Source: Gallionella sp.
Lineage (GTDB): Bacteria > Pseudomonadota > Gammaproteobacteria > Burkholderiales > Gallionellaceae
NCBI GenBank assembly: GCA_025350405.1
Contig: JANXXX010000056.1
Span: 2,103 to 66,102 of the forward strand
DNA length: 64,000 bases
Direction of reading: 5' to 3'
Shown here: positions 22,015 to 32,387 of the stretch, in pieces
Layout: each line of letters begins with the position of its first letter
Numbering within the stretch: position 1 is the stretch's first letter
Notes under the pieces: model-generated
Seen by the model: only the letters and a program-made list of their open reading frames with translations
Database searches by the model: none
Told to the model about the DNA's origin: nothing
Position numbers and translations under genes: made by a program

Positions 22015-24759
22015 ATGATTTCCAGTGTGCTGAAAAGTATCTTCGGTAGCCGTAATGATCGCTTGCTCAAGCAATATCGCGCTACTGCCCAAACCATCAA
22101 TAAGCTGGAAGCCGAAATCGCCAAGTTAAGCGATGAGGCATTACGCCAGAAAACCGATAGCTTCAAGCAGCGTTTTGCGCAGGGTGAATCACTCGATGTG
22201 CTGTTGCCGGAAGCGTTTGCCGTGGTGCGTGAGGCGAGTACCCGCGCGTTGGGGATGCGTCACTACGACGAACAGCTGATCGGCGGGATGGTGTTGCATT
22301 ATGGCAAGATTGCCGAAATGCGCACCGGCGAAGGCAAAACCCTGATGGCCACGCTGCCGGTTTATCTGAATGCGATCTCCGCCAAGGGCGTGCATGTTGT
22401 GACGGTGAACGATTATCTGGCTGCCCGCGATGCCGAGTGGATGGGCAAGCTGTATCGCTTCCTGGGATTGTCGGTGGGCGTGATCCTGTCGCAAATGCCG
22501 TCAAGTGACAAACAGGCTGCTTATGCCGCCGACGTTACCTACGGCACCAACAATGAATTCGGCTTCGATTACCTGCGCGATAATATGGCCACGCAGGCCA
22601 GCGAGCGCTATCAACGCAGCCTCAACTTTGCCATCGTGGACGAGGTGGACTCGATCCTGATCGACGAGGCGCGCACCCCGCTGATCATTTCCGGCCAAGC
22701 CGAAGATAACGTGGATGTTTATGTGCGCATCAATCAACTGGTGCCGCAGCTGGTGCGCCAGGCGACAGTGGATCAGCCCAAGGAAGGTGAGCCTGAACCA
22801 CCGGGCGACTTCAGCGTGGATGAGAAGAATAATCAGATACTGCTGAGCGAGTCCGGTCACGAACACGCCGAAAACATCCTCACCCAGGCCGGACTGCTGC
22901 CGGTGGGCGGCAGTTTGTATGATCCCGCCAACATCACCCTGATCCATCATCTGTATGCCGCATTGCGCGCGCACAACCTGTATCACCGCGATCAGCAATA
23001 TGTGGTGCAGGATGGCGAAGTGGTGATCGTGGATGAATTCACCGGCCGGCTGATGGCCGGGCGGCGCTGGTCGGATGGATTGCATCAGGCGGTGGAAGCA
23101 AAAGAAGGCGTGAGCATCCAGAAGGAGAATCAGACGCTGGCCTCGATCACCTTCCAGAATTATTTCCGCATGTACAACAAGCTGGCCGGGATGACCGGCA
23201 CGGCGGATACCGAGGCCTATGAGTTCCAGCAGATCTACAATCTGGAAACCGTGATCATCCCGCCGCATCGTCCGACCATCCGCAAGGACATGATGGACAA
23301 GGTGTATCTCACCACGAAAGAAAAATACAACGCCGTAATCGTAGACATCAAGGATTGCTTCGAGCGCGGGCAACCGGTGCTGGTGGGCACGACTTCGATC
23401 GAGAATTCCGAGTTGTTATCCAAATATCTGGAACGCGACAAGTTGCCGCACCAGGTGTTGAATGCCAAACAACATGCGCGCGAAGCGGAAATCATCGCGC
23501 AGGCCGGGCGGCCGAAGATGGTGACCATTGCCACCAATATGGCGGGTCGCGGCACGGACATTGTACTGGGTGGCAACGTCGAAAAGCAGATCGATCTGGT
23601 CAATGCAGATGTCAGCCTGTCGGCAGCTGCCAAAGAGCAACGCATCGCCCAGTTAAGAACCGAGTGGCAGCAACTGCACCAGCAGGTTCTGGACAGCGGC
23701 GGGTTGCATATCATCGGTACCGAGCGTCACGAATCGCGCCGCGTGGACAACCAGTTGCGCGGCCGTTCCGGCCGTCAGGGCGACCCGGGCTCGAGCCGCT
23801 TCTATCTCTCGCTGCAAGACCCGCTGTTGCGCATTTTCGCCTCGGACCGGATCACGGCGATCATGAATAAATTCAAGCTGCCGGAAGGCGAGGCGATCGA
23901 ACATAGCTGGGTGACGCGCGCGATCGAGAATGCGCAGCGCAAGGTGGAGGCGCGCAACTTCGACATGCGCAAACAGATTCTTGAGTATGACGATGTCGCC
24001 AACGATCAACGCAAGGTGATCTATCAGCAACGCAGCGAGTTGCTGGAAAGCGCGGATATCACAGAAACCATTCAGGCGATGCGCGAAGACGTGCTGGAAA
24101 ATACCATCAGCCAGTACATCCCGCCGCACTCCATGGAAGAACAATGGGATGTGCCCGCGCTGGAAAAATACCTGGCCGCCGAGTTGCGTCTGGACTTGCC
24201 GCTGGTGCAATGGCTGGAAGAGGATAAGCAGTTGAATGAAGCTGGGCTGCGTACGCGCATCAAGGACCATGCCCAGCAGCAATACCAGGCGAAGGTCGAT
24301 GCGGTGGGCGCGGAAGTCGTGCACCATTATGAACGTGCGCTGATGTTGCAAAGTCTGGACGTGCATTGGCGCGAGCACCTGGCAGCATTGGATCATCTCC
24401 GCCAAGGCATCCATTTGCGCGGCTATGCGCAAAAGAATCCGAAGCAGGAATACAAGCGCGAGGCCTTCGAGCTGTTTGCCGCGATGCTCGAAGCGATCAA
24501 ACTCGAGGTGACGCAAGTCCTGATGACCGTGCAAGTGCGCAGTGAAGAGGATGTCGAGGCGGTGGAAGCGGCTCCCGCGCCGGGAAATGTCCAGTATCAC
24601 CATGCGGATTACGATGAGGCATTGGCCTCAAGCGGGGATCCGTCAACCGATGAAGAGCATATGCCGTTCGTGCGTGATGAACAGAAGGTGGGACGAAACG
24701 ACCCGTGCCCGTGCGGGTCGGGCAAGAAATACAAGCAGTGCCATGGCAGGTTGAGTTAA
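22015..24759 (+). CDS. secA: preprotein translocase ATPase SecA
   Basis: 914 aa with the MRTGEGKTL Walker [20 protein letters not shown], and a C-terminal zinc finger [14 protein letters not shown]. Confidence 0.97.
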   Translation: MISSVLKSIFGSRNDRLLKQYRATAQTINKLEAEIAKLSDEALRQKTDSFKQRFAQGESLDVLLPEAFAVVREASTRALGMRHYDEQLIGGMVLHYGKIAEMRTGEGKTLMATLPVYLNAISAKGVHVVTVNDYLAARDAEWMGKLYRFLGLSVGVILSQMPSSDKQAAYAADVTYGTNNEFGFDYLRDNMATQASERYQRSLNFAIVDEVDSILIDEARTPLIISGQAEDNVDVYVRINQLVPQLVRQATVDQPKEGEPEPPGDFSVDEKNNQILLSESGHEHAENILTQAGLLPVGGSLYDPANITLIHHLYAALRAHNLYHRDQQYVVQDGEVVIVDEFTGRLMAGRRWSDGLHQAVEAKEGVSIQKENQTLASITFQNYFRMYNKLAGMTGTADTEAYEFQQIYNLETVIIPPHRPTIRKDMMDKVYLTTKEKYNAVIVDIKDCFERGQPVLVGTTSIENSELLSKYLERDKLPHQVLNAKQHAREAEIIAQAGRPKMVTIATNMAGRGTDIVLGGNVEKQIDLVNADVSLSAAAKEQRIAQLRTEWQQLHQQVLDSGGLHIIGTERHESRRVDNQLRGRSGRQGDPGSSRFYLSLQDPLLRIFASDRITAIMNKFKLPEGEAIEHSWVTRAIENAQRKVEARNFDMRKQILEYDDVANDQRKVIYQQRSELLESADITETIQAMREDVLENTISQYIPPHSMEEQWDVPALEKYLAAELRLDLPLVQWLEEDKQLNEAGLRTRIKDHAQQQYQAKVDAVGAEVVHHYERALMLQSLDVHWREHLAALDHLRQGIHLRGYAQKNPKQEYKREAFELFAAMLEAIKLEVTQVLMTVQVRSEEDVEAVEAAPAPGNVQYHHADYDEALASSGDPSTDEEHMPFVRDEQKVGRNDPCPCGSGKKYKQCHGRLS

Positions 24760-24777
24760 CACGCGAAGGAGAATGGA

Positions 24778-25263
24778 ATGTCATTAGTGATGGATACGTT
24801 ACGCATTTCAACGATTACCGAAGAGTTGAGTGATGCAGAAGTGGACGTTATCAAAGGACTATTCGAGGTTCAGGACTACAAATCCGGCCAAATCATCGTC
24901 CAGCCGGGAGACAAGCAAACTGATAACTTGTACATCTTGGCGCATGGCGATATCGAAGTGAAAATCAAAAGCAGCGGCGAAGAATCCATCATTCATGTGC
25001 TTAAACCCGGCGACTTGGCCGGCATCATCACCTTCGTCGGCGGTGCAGCCTCAGACATAAGCGCGACGCTTTACGCGGTCGGCAAAACCAAGGTGTTGTG
25101 CCTGAAAAGAGCCGACTTCGAAAAATTGATCAACTCCCATCCGATGATCGTCTACAAGGTGATGCGCGGCGTGGTGCGCAACGTGCATGGCATCGTGCGG
25201 CGCGTGAACAGCCAATCCGAAGAGCTGAGCAATTACATCTACCGTACCCACGGCCGTTATTAA
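24778..25263 (+). CDS. small cyclic-nucleotide-binding-domain protein with a conserved NYIYxxxGRY C-terminus
   Basis: 161 aa with a cNMP-binding beta-roll pattern (GQIIVQPGDKQTDNLYILAHGDIEV...LKPGDLAGIITF). GAAGGAG RBS. Sits 19 nt after secA and 10 nt before argJ. Confidence 0.8.
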   Translation: MSLVMDTLRISTITEELSDAEVDVIKGLFEVQDYKSGQIIVQPGDKQTDNLYILAHGDIEVKIKSSGEESIIHVLKPGDLAGIITFVGGAASDISATLYAVGKTKVLCLKRADFEKLINSHPMIVYKVMRGVVRNVHGIVRRVNSQSEELSNYIYRTHGRY

Positions 25264-25273
25264 AAGCTAACCC

Positions 25274-26518
25274 ATGCCAGTCAATCTGACCCCGCCCGTC
25301 GCGGAGCTACTGTTGCCCGTTGCGGGCGTTTCTTTGGGCATCGCCGAAGCGAATATCAAAAAGCCCAACCGCAAAGACCTGCTGGTGATCCAATTGTGCG
25401 AAGGCGCGCGGGTCGCCGGTGTGTTCACCAAGAACCGATTCTGCGCCGCGCCGGTGATCGTCGCGCGCGAGCACCTTGCCCAAGCAGCGGTTATAGGCTC
25501 GGGCGGCATACGCGCACTCGTGGTCAACACCGGCAATGCCAATGCCGGTACCGGCGAACAGGGGATGCAGGACGCGCGCACCACCGGCACGGCGCTGGCC
25601 GGCTTGCTGGGTTGCAAAGCCAATCAGATATTGCCGTTTTCCACCGGCGTGATCATGGAGCCTTTGCCTGTCGCGAAAATAGCCGCAGGCTTGCCCGGTG
25701 CGGTAGCGAACATGCGTGCGGATAACTGGTTCGATGCCGCGCAAGCGATCATGACCACCGACATCGTCGCCAAGGCGATCTCCAAACAAGTGACGATAGA
25801 TGGCGCGACCATCACCATCACCGGCATCGCCAAAGGCTCTGGCATGATCCACCCGAACATGGCGACCATGCTGGGCTACATCGCCACCGATGTGGCGATC
25901 GCGCAACCGCTGCTGCAAGCGATGGTCAGCGAGGCCGCCAACCGTTCGTTCAACTGCATCACCGTGGACGGCGACACCTCCACCAACGACGCGCTGATGC
26001 TGATCGCCACCGGAAAATCTGCTTTGCCCGAAGTGAAAGACGGCGACAGCAAATCCGCCAAGGCATTGCAAGCCGCCATCAGCGAAGTCGCGATCTATCT
26101 GGCGCAAGCCATCGTGCGCGACGGCGAAGGCGCGACCAAATTCATCACCGTGCAAATCGAAAGCGGCAAGAGCGAAGCCGAGTGCAAACAGATCGGCTAT
26201 GCCATCGCGCATTCGCCGCTGGTCAAGACCGCGTTCTTCGCCTCCGATCCCAACCTGGGACGTATCCTTGCCGCAATCGGCTACGCGGGTATAGACGACC
26301 TGGATGTGGCCGCACTCAAGCTGTATCTGGATGATGTATTGGTGGCAGAGAATGGAGGACGCGCAACGAGTTACCGTGAAGAAGACGGCCAGCGCGTGAT
26401 GCAGCAAAGCGACATCACGATACGCGTGGTGCTGAATCGCGGTGCGGCGAAGGCTATGTTGTGGACGTGCGACTTCTCATACGATTACGTGAAAATTAAT
26501 GCAAGCTACAGAAGTTGA
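25274..26518 (+). CDS. argJ: bifunctional glutamate N-acetyltransferase / amino-acid acetyltransferase ArgJ
   Basis: 414 aa with the autoprocessing region [14 protein letters not shown] and the DGDTSTND motif. Confidence 0.95.
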   Translation: MPVNLTPPVAELLLPVAGVSLGIAEANIKKPNRKDLLVIQLCEGARVAGVFTKNRFCAAPVIVAREHLAQAAVIGSGGIRALVVNTGNANAGTGEQGMQDARTTGTALAGLLGCKANQILPFSTGVIMEPLPVAKIAAGLPGAVANMRADNWFDAAQAIMTTDIVAKAISKQVTIDGATITITGIAKGSGMIHPNMATMLGYIATDVAIAQPLLQAMVSEAANRSFNCITVDGDTSTNDALMLIATGKSALPEVKDGDSKSAKALQAAISEVAIYLAQAIVRDGEGATKFITVQIESGKSEAECKQIGYAIAHSPLVKTAFFASDPNLGRILAAIGYAGIDDLDVAALKLYLDDVLVAENGGRATSYREEDGQRVMQQSDITIRVVLNRGAAKAMLWTCDFSYDYVKINASYRS

Positions 26519-26552
26519 TTGTAGTCAGATTCTTTTTCAAAAAAACAAATTA

Positions 26553-26633
26553 AGCCACAGAGAACACAGAGCACACAGAGAAACCTGGTGTGAGCGCTGT
26601 TGTTTTTCTCTGTGGTCTCTGTGATCTCTGTGG
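26553..26633. repeat. palindromic CACAGAGNN-repeat element, copy B
   Basis: Left arm GCCACAGAGAACACAGAGCACACAGAGAAA is three tandem 9-mers. After a 21-nt loop comes the inverted arm TTTCTCTGTGGTCTCTGTGATCTCTGTGGC. Confidence 0.85.
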
Positions 26634-26650
26634 CTGAAAGGTTTTGACCT

Positions 26651-27529
26651 ATGGACAAACTCGACCGCTTTCTTGACCGCGCCGAACGCTTGATGGAAAA
26701 GCTGGAGCGCACCCTGCCCAAGTTTGCCACAGGCGGTGCGCCGGATTGGGATGCCGCCCATGCGTTCCGCTGGGAGCAGGGCAGGCTGGTTCCCGTGGCG
26801 CATCCGCATCGCATCGGCCTGACCGATCTGCTCGGCATCGATAAACAGAAGCAGCTCATCGCGCAAAACACCAAACAGTTCGTGCAAGGCCGCACGGCCA
26901 ACAACGTGCTGCTCACTGGCTCGCGCGGCACCGGCAAGTCCTCGCTGGTCAAGGCATTGCTCAACGAATACTCAAAAGATGGACTGCGCCTGATCGAAGT
27001 CGGCAAGCTGGCGTTGGCTGACTTGCCGCACATCATTGCATTGGTCGCCGGGCGGCCCGAACGCTTCATTCTGTATTGCGACGATCTCTCGTTCAACGCC
27101 GAAGAGCCGGGCTACCAGGCGCTCAAGGCCGCGCTCGACGGCTCGCTGGTGGCCTTCTCCGACAACCTGCTGATCTACGCCACCTCCAACCGCCGCCACC
27201 TGATGCCGGAAGCTATGCAGGATAATCTTGCGACGAAATACGTCGGCGATGAGATACATCCGGGGGAAAGCGTGGAGGAAAAAATCTCGCTGTCGGAGCG
27301 ATTCGGATTGTGGGTGTCGTTTTATCCGTTCACGCAGGATGAATATCTCGCGATTGTTTCGCACTGGTTACTGCATTTTGGAATGTCTGGGGAGTTGGAT
27401 GAGGTTGCAAGGCAGGCGGCGTTGCAATGGAGTATTCAGCGGGGGTCACGCAGCGGGCGTGTTGGGTGGCAGTTTGCTAGGGATTGGGCAGGACGATCAC
27501 CTCCTCGCCCGCTTGCGGGAGAGGATTGA
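26651..27529 (+). CDS. DUF815-type AAA ATPase
   Basis: 292 aa with Walker A LLTGSRGTGKSS and Walker B ILYCDDLSF. Confidence 0.8.
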   Translation: MDKLDRFLDRAERLMEKLERTLPKFATGGAPDWDAAHAFRWEQGRLVPVAHPHRIGLTDLLGIDKQKQLIAQNTKQFVQGRTANNVLLTGSRGTGKSSLVKALLNEYSKDGLRLIEVGKLALADLPHIIALVAGRPERFILYCDDLSFNAEEPGYQALKAALDGSLVAFSDNLLIYATSNRRHLMPEAMQDNLATKYVGDEIHPGESVEEKISLSERFGLWVSFYPFTQDEYLAIVSHWLLHFGMSGELDEVARQAALQWSIQRGSRSGRVGWQFARDWAGRSPPRPLAGED

Positions 27530-27544
27530 GGAGAGGGTGTTGTA

Positions 27545-27811
27545 AAAAAGAATTGTTCGGTGCTGAACAAACACCGCCGGGAGTAGCCCGGCAGCTAGTC
27601 ACTTTTCTTGTCTTGCCAAGAAAAGTAACCAAAAGAAATCGCCCCCGGTTTGCCGCCCCTGCGGGGTTCCCTCGATCAGCCGCAAGTGAGCGGGGCTGCG
27701 CAACTCGACCTGGCGGGGCGCACACCCCGCGCCCCACTGCGGGACTCGAACAGTGCTCGCCTAAACCTCCGCTCACTTGCGGCTGATCGAGGCGGCGCAC
27801 AGGGGAAAGGG
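27545..27811 (-). repeat. structured mosaic repeat, left copy (inverted relative to 28570-28808)
   Basis: Shares terminal blocks with the right copy: CAGGGGAAAGGG at 27800-27811 and CCAAAAGAAATCGCCCCCGGTTTGCCGCCCCTGC at 27629-27662. It contains a perfect 24-bp stem (27669-27693 pairing with 27769-27792) and the hairpin ACTTTTCTTG..CAAGAAAAGT. Confidence 0.75.
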
Positions 27812-27863
27812 CAGTACTCAAAGCTCGCCGATCAAATTGAATACGGTGATGATTAACGCAGAG

Positions 27864-28409
27864 TTAGGCAGCACCTGACAGGCTCGCAAAGGGTTGCTTG
27901 CGAACTCGAACTCCGATGGACGCGAGATAGGTGCGCCAGTAGCTCACCACACCATTCGTGAATGCATAGAGTTCGTGCCGCGACCCGTCGGAGAGCGTGA
28001 CCCAAGTCTCGGACCTTTGGACTTGCACGGCTTTGTGCTCTCCAGCCGCATTGACGTAGATATCCACAAACGAAGACTTCTGCGTCCGAACAGTGCGAGT
28101 GCTAGGCGATCGTGCCTTCCCTGTGATGAGGTCGCGCAGTTCGAAATGCTTGGCTGAGTTCGCGATATCGAAGGTCGCGACCAAGAGCGGGTTCTTCCAC
28201 CAGACTTGCTCCTGTGGCTTTCGCTGCGGCTTTGTCATGTGTCTGGAGTACTCGTGGCAGTAGTCGCGCATGGAGGATGCGGTTACGCAGAAGTTGTAGA
28301 AGTGGTCAGACTTCTGCAGCGGAGTCTTTGCATGGAACGCACGGTAGGCCTCCCGTTCCAGCTTGCATAGCAGAGCAGCAGGTGAGTCAAGGCGGGGAGC
28401 AAGCGCCAT
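27864..28409 (-). CDS. orphan hypothetical protein (181 aa)
   Basis: Clean ORF between core genes with no family I recognise. It is framed by the perfect 12-bp inverted repeat GTTAGGCAGCAC (27863-27874 and 28412-28423). Confidence 0.55.
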   Translation of the reverse strand: MALAPRLDSPAALLCKLEREAYRAFHAKTPLQKSDHFYNFCVTASSMRDYCHEYSRHMTKPQRKPQEQVWWKNPLLVATFDIANSAKHFELRDLITGKARSPSTRTVRTQKSSFVDIYVNAAGEHKAVQVQRSETWVTLSDGSRHELYAFTNGVVSYWRTYLASIGVRVRKQPFASLSGAA

Positions 28410-28569
28410 CTGTGCTGCCTAACGTAAAATAGACGGCAAAAGCGCTGTATAAGTTGGCGCACTTTGCCGGATAATCTGAGGCAGCATCTGTTACATCCTT
28501 GATTTCAAAAGTTGCGCGGCATGCTAACACGGCAGGCCGTTCCATGAAAGGCGACATTGGTGGGAGCCA

Positions 28570-28808
28570 CCCTTTCCCCTGAGAGCCGCCGAGTGGTGGA
28601 GACAGGTCAGGGGCTGTCCGACGAATATGTCAGAGCACGTGACTGCAAAGCAGGTCGTGCGAGTTTATGAGGAGGCCTGAACTGCCGAGCACACGAGGGC
28701 ACCCACGCAGGGGGCGGCAAACCGGGGCGGATTTTCTTTGACTACTTTCTTTGGCCGTACAAAGAAAGTAGTCGGCGTGCGGGGCCGCACCCCGCGGTTT
28801 TGTTTTAA
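28570..28808 (+). repeat. structured mosaic repeat, right copy
   Basis: CCCTTTCCCCTG (28570-28581) and GCAGGGGGCGGCAAACCGGGGCGGATTTTCTTTG (28707-28740). These are followed by the hairpin GACTACTTTCTTTG..CAAAGAAAGTAGTC and by GCGGGG..CCCCGC plus a T-tract. Confidence 0.75.
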
Positions 28809-28817
28809 TGGAATTAG

Positions 28818-29762
28818 ATGAACACACAAAATGAAAAAATTATAGAAGTCGCTGCAGCTGTGCTGCAAAACCCCGATGGTACTTTCCTGCTAGCCCAAAG
28901 ACCCAAAGATAAAATCTGGGCCGGCTACTGGGAATTCCCTGGCGGCAAGATCGAACCCGGCGAAACACCCTACCATGCGCTGGTGCGCGAGCTACGCGAG
29001 GAACTGGGCATCACCGTCACCAAAGCATACCCATGGGTAACGCGCGTGTACACCTATCCTCACGCGACGGTGCGACTGAATTTTTTCCGTGTGACAGCGT
29101 GGAGCGGCGAGTTGCATCCGCACGAAGGGCAGCAGCTTGCCTGGCAGCGCGTACCGGATATTGCCGTCGCGCCGGTGTTGCCCGCCAACGCGCCCATCCT
29201 GCGCGCGCTGTCATTGCCAACTCTGTATGCGATCAGCAATGTGCAAGAGCTGGGTGAAGATGAATTCATGCATCGGCTGGAGGCCGCTTTGTATAAGGGT
29301 TTGCGGCTGGTGCAGTTGCGCGAGAAGGATTATTCGCGTGCGGCGTTGCGTGCACTGGCGCAGAAGATGTTGCCGTTGCTGCGGCAGCATGATGCGCGTT
29401 TGATCATCAATGCCGATATCGAGTTATGTAAAGAGATCGGCGCGGACGGCGTGCAGCTCACCGGAGCGCAGCTTGCAGATTTGCGCGAACGTCCCGATGT
29501 GGATTGGTGCGCGGCCTCTTGTCACAGTGCGGAGGAGTTGCGCCGCGCTGAAGTACTGGGTTGTGATTTCGCTTTGCTGAGTCCGGTGCTGGCTACGCAG
29601 TCGCATCCGGGTGCGCCGCATCTGGGTTGGGAAAACTTTGCGGCGATCGCGGCAGGCTCAGCGATTCCTGTTTATGCGTTGGGTGGGCTACAGCTTGGCG
29701 ACATGGAAACTGCCTGGCAGCATGGCGCACACGGTATCTCCTTGCTGCGTCAGGCGTGGTGA
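28818..29762 (+). CDS. Nudix hydrolase (MutT-like) fused to a ThiE-like domain
   Basis: 314 aa with Nudix box [24 protein letters not shown], followed by a thiamine-phosphate-synthase-like C-terminal half. Confidence 0.85.
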   Translation: MNTQNEKIIEVAAAVLQNPDGTFLLAQRPKDKIWAGYWEFPGGKIEPGETPYHALVRELREELGITVTKAYPWVTRVYTYPHATVRLNFFRVTAWSGELHPHEGQQLAWQRVPDIAVAPVLPANAPILRALSLPTLYAISNVQELGEDEFMHRLEAALYKGLRLVQLREKDYSRAALRALAQKMLPLLRQHDARLIINADIELCKEIGADGVQLTGAQLADLRERPDVDWCAASCHSAEELRRAEVLGCDFALLSPVLATQSHPGAPHLGWENFAAIAAGSAIPVYALGGLQLGDMETAWQHGAHGISLLRQAW

Positions 29763-29941
29763 TCGGAATCGGGTAAGTCTTGTTCGCGTTGTTCGACGCG
29801 ATAGTCTTCGTTCGCCCATTTGCCCAGGTCGATCAGCTTGCAGCGTTCGCTGCAAAATGGGCGAAAGCGGTTGCTGATGTCCCATTGATGTTCCTTGCCG
29901 CATTGCGGGCAGGTCACGACTGACGCTTGTTTTTGTTGCAT
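29750..29941 (-). CDS. yacG: DNA gyrase inhibitor YacG
   Basis: 63 aa zinc finger (CPQCGKE...[14 protein letters not shown]). Confidence 0.9.
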   Translation of the reverse strand: MQQKQASVVTCPQCGKEHQWDISNRFRPFCSERCKLIDLGKWANEDYRVEQREQDLPDSDHHA

Positions 29942-29951
29942 AAGGTTCTCT

Positions 29952-30713
29952 TCATGTTGAGATGCTGCAGAAGGTCAGCTCAAACGGCACATCCTGTTCA
30001 AACAGGATGGATTTCGCCGCATAGTTGGCGGCGATGAAGCGGATGTTGATCGCGTATTTATTGGCGCCCACTTCGGGTATGCACGCCAGTCCCCTGCCCA
30101 CGCGGACACGCAACATTTGCGCGACGCGCCCACCTTGCATTTGCTGGAAAGTGCCTTGATGCGCAGTGAATTTAAAGACCTTGCCGTTCTCACGCAGCAG
30201 GCGCAAGACAATCTTCAAGCCGGTATGCAGTGGCAACAGCGGAGCCAGCCATGAGCGCAGGCTTTCGCGCCTTAAGCGCACATCCTGTTCTTGCCAGTAG
30301 TGATAGGAAGGCAGGTCAAACTCACAGGTGCCGCCCGGCATCACAGCGCGTTGCTTGATGCCCATCAGCCATTCATTCTCGCGCAGGTGCTGGCCGATTT
30401 TTCCGGTCATGGCAAGCAAGAGCACAGCGGCCTGTTCAATCTCGGTCAGGATCGCTTCCAGTGCCTGTTCGGAAATCGCCGGATTGTTGTGCAAGCTGGC
30501 TAACACGCGTTTCTGGCGTTCCAGTTCCTGCAACAAATCGGATTTCAAATCGGCGCGGCTGATGACTTCAAGAATTTCAAACAGTGTGATCAGTGCCGCA
30601 TGGTGATCCATGCTGTGATCATGTTCGGTGAAATGCGTGATGCGCGCGAACAAATCCTCGAGGCGCAACAGGGTGCGCACTTTTTCATTAAGAGGAAACT
30701 CGTAGCTGATCAC
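29952..30713 (-). CDS. zapD: cell division protein ZapD
   Basis: 253 aa with N-terminus [22 protein letters not shown] typical of ZapD, in the coaE-zapD-yacG order. Confidence 0.88.
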   Translation of the reverse strand: MISYEFPLNEKVRTLLRLEDLFARITHFTEHDHSMDHHAALITLFEILEVISRADLKSDLLQELERQKRVLASLHNNPAISEQALEAILTEIEQAAVLLLAMTGKIGQHLRENEWLMGIKQRAVMPGGTCEFDLPSYHYWQEQDVRLRRESLRSWLAPLLPLHTGLKIVLRLLRENGKVFKFTAHQGTFQQMQGGRVAQMLRVRVGRGLACIPEVGANKYAINIRFIAANYAAKSILFEQDVPFELTFCSIST

Positions 30714-30782
30714 GCGGTTATTGTCCGAAGTACTGTTGAAGAAAAATTAGTTGCGAACGATATATTGAATGTCACGGTATCG

Positions 30783-31388
30783 TCAATTGTTGTTTTGCGT
30801 TGCCGAGTAGCGCCTATGCAGAACGGTTACTTGTTCTACCAGGTCATCCTGGCCGCCGTTATGTATCACATCGTCAGCCAGGCGTAAGAATTCGGCTCGC
30901 GGAGCTTGTTGGGTGATGATGTTGCGCACTTCCGCTTCGCTCATTCGACTGCGTCCGGTGACACGTGCAAGCTGGGTGGGTTCGTCGCAATCCACGACCA
31001 GCACACGCTGGGCCAGTTGCAGGAACGCGGGGCTTTCCGGCAGTAGCGGCACGACGATGATGATGTAGGGTTTGGTGTGCAATTGCAACAATTGCGCCTT
31101 GGCCTGCTCGAGTATCAGGGGATGCAGGATCAGTTCCAGCCTTTGCTTGGCAACTGCATCCGAAAAAATCAGCCTGCGCATTCTGGCGCGATCCAGGGCG
31201 CTGTCATCGGTAATGTATTCCTTGCCGAAGGCTGTCCGGATAGCGGCGATGGCCTCGCCGCCACGCTGCGTCAGGCGGTGGGCGATCTCATCCGTGTCGA
31301 TGATGCCCGCGCCATGTTCCGCGAACAGTTTGGCTACCGTGCTCTTGCCGCTGCCTATCCCCCCGGTGAGTCCGACCACGAAACTCAT
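30783..31388 (-). CDS. coaE: dephospho-CoA kinase
   Basis: 201 aa starting MSFVVGLTGGIGSGKST at ATG 31388, with a 4-nt overlap on the pilD stop. The upstream part of the track ORF (to 31766) lies inside pilD. Confidence 0.92.
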   Translation of the reverse strand: MSFVVGLTGGIGSGKSTVAKLFAEHGAGIIDTDEIAHRLTQRGGEAIAAIRTAFGKEYITDDSALDRARMRRLIFSDAVAKQRLELILHPLILEQAKAQLLQLHTKPYIIIVVPLLPESPAFLQLAQRVLVVDCDEPTQLARVTGRSRMSEAEVRNIITQQAPRAEFLRLADDVIHNGGQDDLVEQVTVLHRRYSATQNNN

Positions 31389-32284
31389 GGCATGGCAAAA
31401 AGTTGTAAATAACCTTGCGTCAGCGTTGGCCCCCAGAATAACGCAATCACCCCGCCGCCTGCCAGATAGGGGCCGAAGGGGATCGGGATGTGACGGCCAT
31501 GCTTGAGTGCGACGATCAGCGTGATGCCGACCACGGCACCGACCAGCGAGGAAAGCAGAATGATCAGCGGCAACATCTGCCAGCCCAACCATGCACCCAG
31601 CGCCGCAAGCAGTTTGAAATCGCCGTAGCCCATTCCCTCTTTGCCGGTGATGAGCTTGAACAGCCAGTACACGCACCATAGTGCGAGATAACCGATAACA
31701 GCGCCTAGTACTGCATCCTGTAAATTGGTAAACACGCCGAACAGGTTGAATAACAAGCCCGCCCAAAGCAATGGCAGGGTGATGTCGTCCGGCAGCAATT
31801 GCGTGTCGAAATCAATAGCCGTGAGCGCCAGCAATGCCCAGATCAGCAGCAGTGCGCCGGCGGCAGCCGGCCCGAAACCGAAGTGTGCTGCCGCATAAGC
31901 GCTCAGGATGCCGCTGATTGCCTCGATGATCGGGTATCGTGGCGAGATAGCTGCGCCGCAGCCTTTGCATTTGCCGCGCAGCAGCAGGTAGCTGAGGACG
32001 GGGATGTTTTCCCATGCGCTGATCGCGTGATTGCAGTGCGGGCAGGCGGAGCGCGGAACGATGAGATTGTACGGCGCTGGTAGGGCGGGTTCGCCTTCGG
32101 GATGTGTGGATGTCTGCGATGGTTCCCCGTGCAGCTCAGCGCATTGTTGCCGCCAGGCGCGTTCCATCATTTTCGGCAAACGATGGATCACCACATTTAA
32201 AAAGCTGCCGACCATCAGTCCGAGAATCAGGCACGCACTAACAAATGCGGCGGGAACCGTTTGCAGTAACTCCAGAAAACTCAT
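31385..32284 (-). CDS. pilD: prepilin peptidase / N-methyltransferase PilD (A24 family)
   Basis: 299 aa polytopic protein with CPHC...CKGC cysteine motifs and GMGYGDFKL. Confidence 0.93.
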   Translation of the reverse strand: MSFLELLQTVPAAFVSACLILGLMVGSFLNVVIHRLPKMMERAWRQQCAELHGEPSQTSTHPEGEPALPAPYNLIVPRSACPHCNHAISAWENIPVLSYLLLRGKCKGCGAAISPRYPIIEAISGILSAYAAAHFGFGPAAAGALLLIWALLALTAIDFDTQLLPDDITLPLLWAGLLFNLFGVFTNLQDAVLGAVIGYLALWCVYWLFKLITGKEGMGYGDFKLLAALGAWLGWQMLPLIILLSSLVGAVVGITLIVALKHGRHIPIPFGPYLAGGGVIALFWGPTLTQGYLQLFAMP

Positions 32285-32387
32285 CGTGCCGCAACAATGA
32301 CCGGGGATTGAGGACTGCGGGTTAAGGACTGCGGGGTGGAATTCATACCTTGCGCCTTGCGCCTACTACCTCTTGCCGGATTTCTCA

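Noticed and set aside
22501-24603. Two long minus-strand ORFs (290 aa and 316 aa).
   Set aside because: Both are antisense to secA. They have a low-complexity His/Arg/Leu-rich composition.
25307-26407. 366-aa ORF on the minus strand.
   Set aside because: It is antisense to argJ, which is strongly supported, so this is a shadow ORF.
26553-26633. Short tandem CACAGAG repeats considered as a CRISPR array.
   Set aside because: There are only three 9-bp units per arm. The arms are inverted rather than direct repeats with spacers. No cas genes are present.
27741-27765. tRNA T-arm-like GTTCGAGTCCC (minus strand) inside the left mosaic repeat. I considered a tRNA or an att site.
   Set aside because: I found no acceptor stem, anticodon arm or D-arm around it. 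It sits in the loop of a 24-bp repeat hairpin.
27500-28850. A full chromosomal integron.
   Set aside because: - There is no intI.
- No Pc/attI arrangement is present.
- There is only one cassette-like ORF.
- I could not identify a complete attC (paired L and R boxes) by eye.
I kept this only as a cassette-like hypothesis in the findings.
31389-31766. N-terminal extension of coaE in the ORF track.
   Set aside because: It overlaps pilD. The P-loop-bearing CoaE N-terminus, MSFVVGLTGGIGSGKST, starts at 31388 and overlaps the pilD stop.
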